The position numbers were made by a program, and so were the translations under genes. Positions 61,305 through 64,000 of a stretch of DNA of 64,000 nucleotides are shown here, one piece after another. Within the stretch, counting starts at the first letter, position 1. Each line of letters begins with the position of its first letter. Below the pieces are notes generated by a model, which saw nothing but the letters and a program-made list of their open reading frames with translations, made no database searches and was not told where the DNA came from. This DNA comes from Escherichia coli (GTDB lineage: Bacteria > Pseudomonadota > Gammaproteobacteria > Enterobacterales > Enterobacteriaceae): the NCBI RefSeq assembly GCF_003334815.1, contig NZ_QOWO01000013.1. One strand, given 5' to 3'.

Positions 61305-62264
61305 TTATAATGATGATAACTTTTCCAAAACTGCTTGACTGTTGAGGTTAATTAAATTTTCTCTTGGAGCCCTACATACCATCTGATTCTTCCCATACCC
61401 ACCAATTAATCCCGGATCGGTTGGTCCATAAACCGTGATATTGGGTCTATCCAGTGCCGCCGTTAAATGGCTTAACCCCGTATCCACCGACACTACAAAT
61501 TTAGCCCCGGCCAGCACGCGGGCAACGCCTTCCAGACTCATCTTCGGCAATACTTCAACATAAGCAAATCCTTCCGCCAGTCGTTTCGCCCGTTCTTCCT
61601 CATGCGGCGCGCCCCACGGAAGTTTAATCCGTATTCCTGAATCAGCCAGTAAACCAATCAATTCTCGCCAGTGTTCTTCCGGCCAGTGTTTATCATCACG
61701 GGTCGTCGCATGAAGAAATACGGCATATTCGCCAGCATCTGTAGGCAGGTTCGTCAGAAAATGCTGTGCGATAGCATAATCGCCCTGGGTTTGCGGTTTG
61801 CTATAGCCCAAACTTTTGGCAAACAGTTCGCGGGTGCGTTCTACGGCGTGCTGCTGTTTTGCAATATGATGCTTACGATTGTAAAACAGGCTGGCTAAAG
61901 GTTCGCGAGCGGTTTGCCAGTCCATGCCATGCTTTACGCCATGCGCCAGACGCGTCACCAGCGCCGCGCTTTTTACCAGCCCCTGAGCGTCGATAACTGC
62001 GTCATAGTTCTCTGCTTGTAGCGCTTCACGAAACGCTTTGCGTTCCGCTTTTATGGGGGCCGAGAACCAGGCTTTACGCCAGCGACGTATTGCCACAGGA
62101 ATAACTCGCTCAACGGCAGCGTGCCAGGAAGGAATCTGTGCGAACCCTTCTTCCACCACCCAGTCAAACTTAATCCCTGGGATTGCCTGCTGGGCATCAG
62201 TGAGTGCGGGCAACGTATGGAGAACATCGCCCATCGACGATGTTTTAACGATCAAAACCCGCAT
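61305..62264 (-). CDS. waaC: LPS heptosyltransferase I
   Basis: 319 aa MRVLIVKTSSMGDVLH... Confidence 0.95.
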   Translation of the reverse strand: MRVLIVKTSSMGDVLHTLPALTDAQQAIPGIKFDWVVEEGFAQIPSWHAAVERVIPVAIRRWRKAWFSAPIKAERKAFREALQAENYDAVIDAQGLVKSAALVTRLAHGVKHGMDWQTAREPLASLFYNRKHHIAKQQHAVERTRELFAKSLGYSKPQTQGDYAIAQHFLTNLPTDAGEYAVFLHATTRDDKHWPEEHWRELIGLLADSGIRIKLPWGAPHEEERAKRLAEGFAYVEVLPKMSLEGVARVLAGAKFVVSVDTGLSHLTAALDRPNITVYGPTDPGLIGGYGKNQMVCRAPRENLINLNSQAVLEKLSSL

Positions 62265-62267
62265 CCG

Positions 62268-63314
62268 TCAGGCTTCCTCTTGTAACAATAGCGCGTTGAG
62301 TTCTTCCAGTACGCGCTGGGGAGTAATGTCGATTAAGCTCTGGTGATAACCCTCCGCAGCGTCACCTTTACGCACTTTGTGATAGCCGGTAATCAAACGG
62401 ATCACGCGCGCTTTATGGGATAGCGGCGGTGTGAAGTCCGGGCTACTCGGACCATACAGGGCAACCAGCGGACGATTGAGCGCCGCCGCAACATGCATCA
62501 GGCCAGAATCGTTAGTGACAATGGCTTTACAGGCTGCAATCAGGATAACCGCTTGATCAAGCTGTGTTTCCCCCGCCAGGTTCCGACACCATGCCTGCTG
62601 CTCGGTATTCAAAGCGGCAAGAATCTCATTGCCCGCTTCATGATCTTTCGCCGAGCCAAACAGAACCACCTGATAACCTTCATCAATCAGCTGCTTTGCC
62701 AGCTCCGCATAGTGGTAGTGTGGCCAGCGTTTTGCCGGACCAAACTCCGCACCCGGGCAAAAACCAATCATCGGACGTTCTGATGAAAGCGAAAATTGAT
62801 TACAGGTATATGATTTTTCACCTTCGCTCACCTGCAACTGCGGCCATAACAATGGCTGCGGCAGATCTTGTGCTGTGCGCATAATGCCTTTGTCATAGGC
62901 CAGCGCTATATAGCGTTCCACCATTAGCGGCCAGGCTTCTTTATCGAGCACGCGTACATCGTTGAGTAAACCGTAGCGCATCTCGCCGCGCCAGCCGGTG
63001 CGATGAGGAATACCCGCGAAGAAAGGCACTAATGCAGATTTGAAGGAGTTGGGTAAGACGTAGGCGCGGTCGTAGCGCTTTTCACGCAGGCTATGACCCA
63101 GTTTGCGGCGTTCGCCGATTTCCAGCGCTCCGTGACCGAGAGGCATAGGAATAGCTTCGTTAACTTCCGGCATCCGCGATAATAATGGACGGCACCATGC
63201 CGGTGCCATCACATCGATTATCGCCTGGGGATAGCGCGCCTGGAGCGTGCGATAGAGACTTTGCGACATCATCATGTCGCCAACCCAAGACGGGCCGATC
63301 ACCAGTATTTTCAT
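62268..63314 (-). CDS. waaF: LPS heptosyltransferase II
   Basis: 348 aa. Confidence 0.95.
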   Translation of the reverse strand: MKILVIGPSWVGDMMMSQSLYRTLQARYPQAIIDVMAPAWCRPLLSRMPEVNEAIPMPLGHGALEIGERRKLGHSLREKRYDRAYVLPNSFKSALVPFFAGIPHRTGWRGEMRYGLLNDVRVLDKEAWPLMVERYIALAYDKGIMRTAQDLPQPLLWPQLQVSEGEKSYTCNQFSLSSERPMIGFCPGAEFGPAKRWPHYHYAELAKQLIDEGYQVVLFGSAKDHEAGNEILAALNTEQQAWCRNLAGETQLDQAVILIAACKAIVTNDSGLMHVAAALNRPLVALYGPSSPDFTPPLSHKARVIRLITGYHKVRKGDAAEGYHQSLIDITPQRVLEELNALLLQEEA

Positions 63315-63323
63315 GCAGAGCTC

Positions 63324-64000
63324 TTATGCGTCGCGATTCAGCCAGGCCATGTATTCCGTTACACCTTCAGCAACGGTTTTGAACGGTTTGTCGTAACCCG
63401 CCGCGCGCAGATTTGTCAGATCTGCCTGAGTGAACGCCTGATAGCGGCCTTTCAGTTTATCCGGGAACGGAATGTATTCGATCTGGCCTTTCTTGTGATA
63501 AGCCAGCGTAGCATCAGCTACCGCCTGGAAGGATTCCGCACGACCAGTACCGAGATTGAAGATGCCGGAAACGCCATTTTCCAGGAACCACAGATTCACA
63601 TCAGCCACGTCGCCCACATAGACGAAGTCGCGTTTGAAGTTCTCGCTACCTTCAAACAGCTTCGGTGATTCACCGTTGTTAAGCTGGGTGTTGAGATGGA
63701 AAGCGACGCTCGCCATGCTGCCTTTATGGCCTTCACGCGGTCCATAAACGTTGAAATAACGGAAGCCAACAATCTGCGAGTTCGCTTCAGGCAGGATTTG
63801 ACGAACATATTCATCAAACAGGAATTTTGAGTAACCGTAGACGTTCAACGGTTTTTCGTACTCGCGGGATTCAATAAAGTCGGAGGTGCGTCCGCCGTAG
63901 GTGGCTGCGGAAGAAGCGTACAGGAACGGGATTTCACGCTCCAGGCAGTAGTGCAGCAGCTCCTTGGAGTATTGATAGTTGTTATCCATCATATACTTGC
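63324..64000 (-). CDS. hldD: ADP-L-glycero-D-manno-heptose 6-epimerase, C-terminal part only
   Basis: Stop at 63324; reading frame is open to the window end, so the start lies beyond position 64000. Confidence 0.9.

Overview
This window reads as a well-characterised Escherichia coli chromosomal segment with a K-12-type LPS core, running from yidJ to hldD (reverse-complement of the usual MG1655 orientation). Gene order is yidJ(partial)-yidI-yidH-yidG-yidF-emrD-tisB/istR-ivbL-ilvBN-uhpABCT-ade-adeQ-yicN-nepI-yicS-nlpA-yicL-setC-selC-yicJ-yicI-yicH-xanP-gltS-recG-trmH-spoT-rpoZ-gmk-ligB-yicG-dinD-yicC-rph-pyrE-slmA-dut-dfp-radC-rpmBG-mutM-coaD-waaA, then the waaQGPSBOJYZU block and waaL-waaC-waaF-hldD(partial). 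Gene identities come from my own recognition of the translated ORFs and from recalled protein lengths; no database search was run. I found no CRISPR array, IS element, integrase, phage block or unassigned large ORF, so I see no evidence of a novel system here. The points most worth a second look are: (1) yicJ is split by a +5 frameshift at a CTTAC x3 tandem repeat; (2) rph appears full-length, unlike the rph-1 allele of MG1655/W3110; (3) the SOS-controlled tisB/istR toxin-antisense module, with a visible 22-nt pairing repeat; (4) an identical 34-nt terminator module behind both istR and rpmG; (5) selC with no island inserted but an AT-rich flank. Coordinates of small motifs are hand-indexed and may be off by 1-2 nt.
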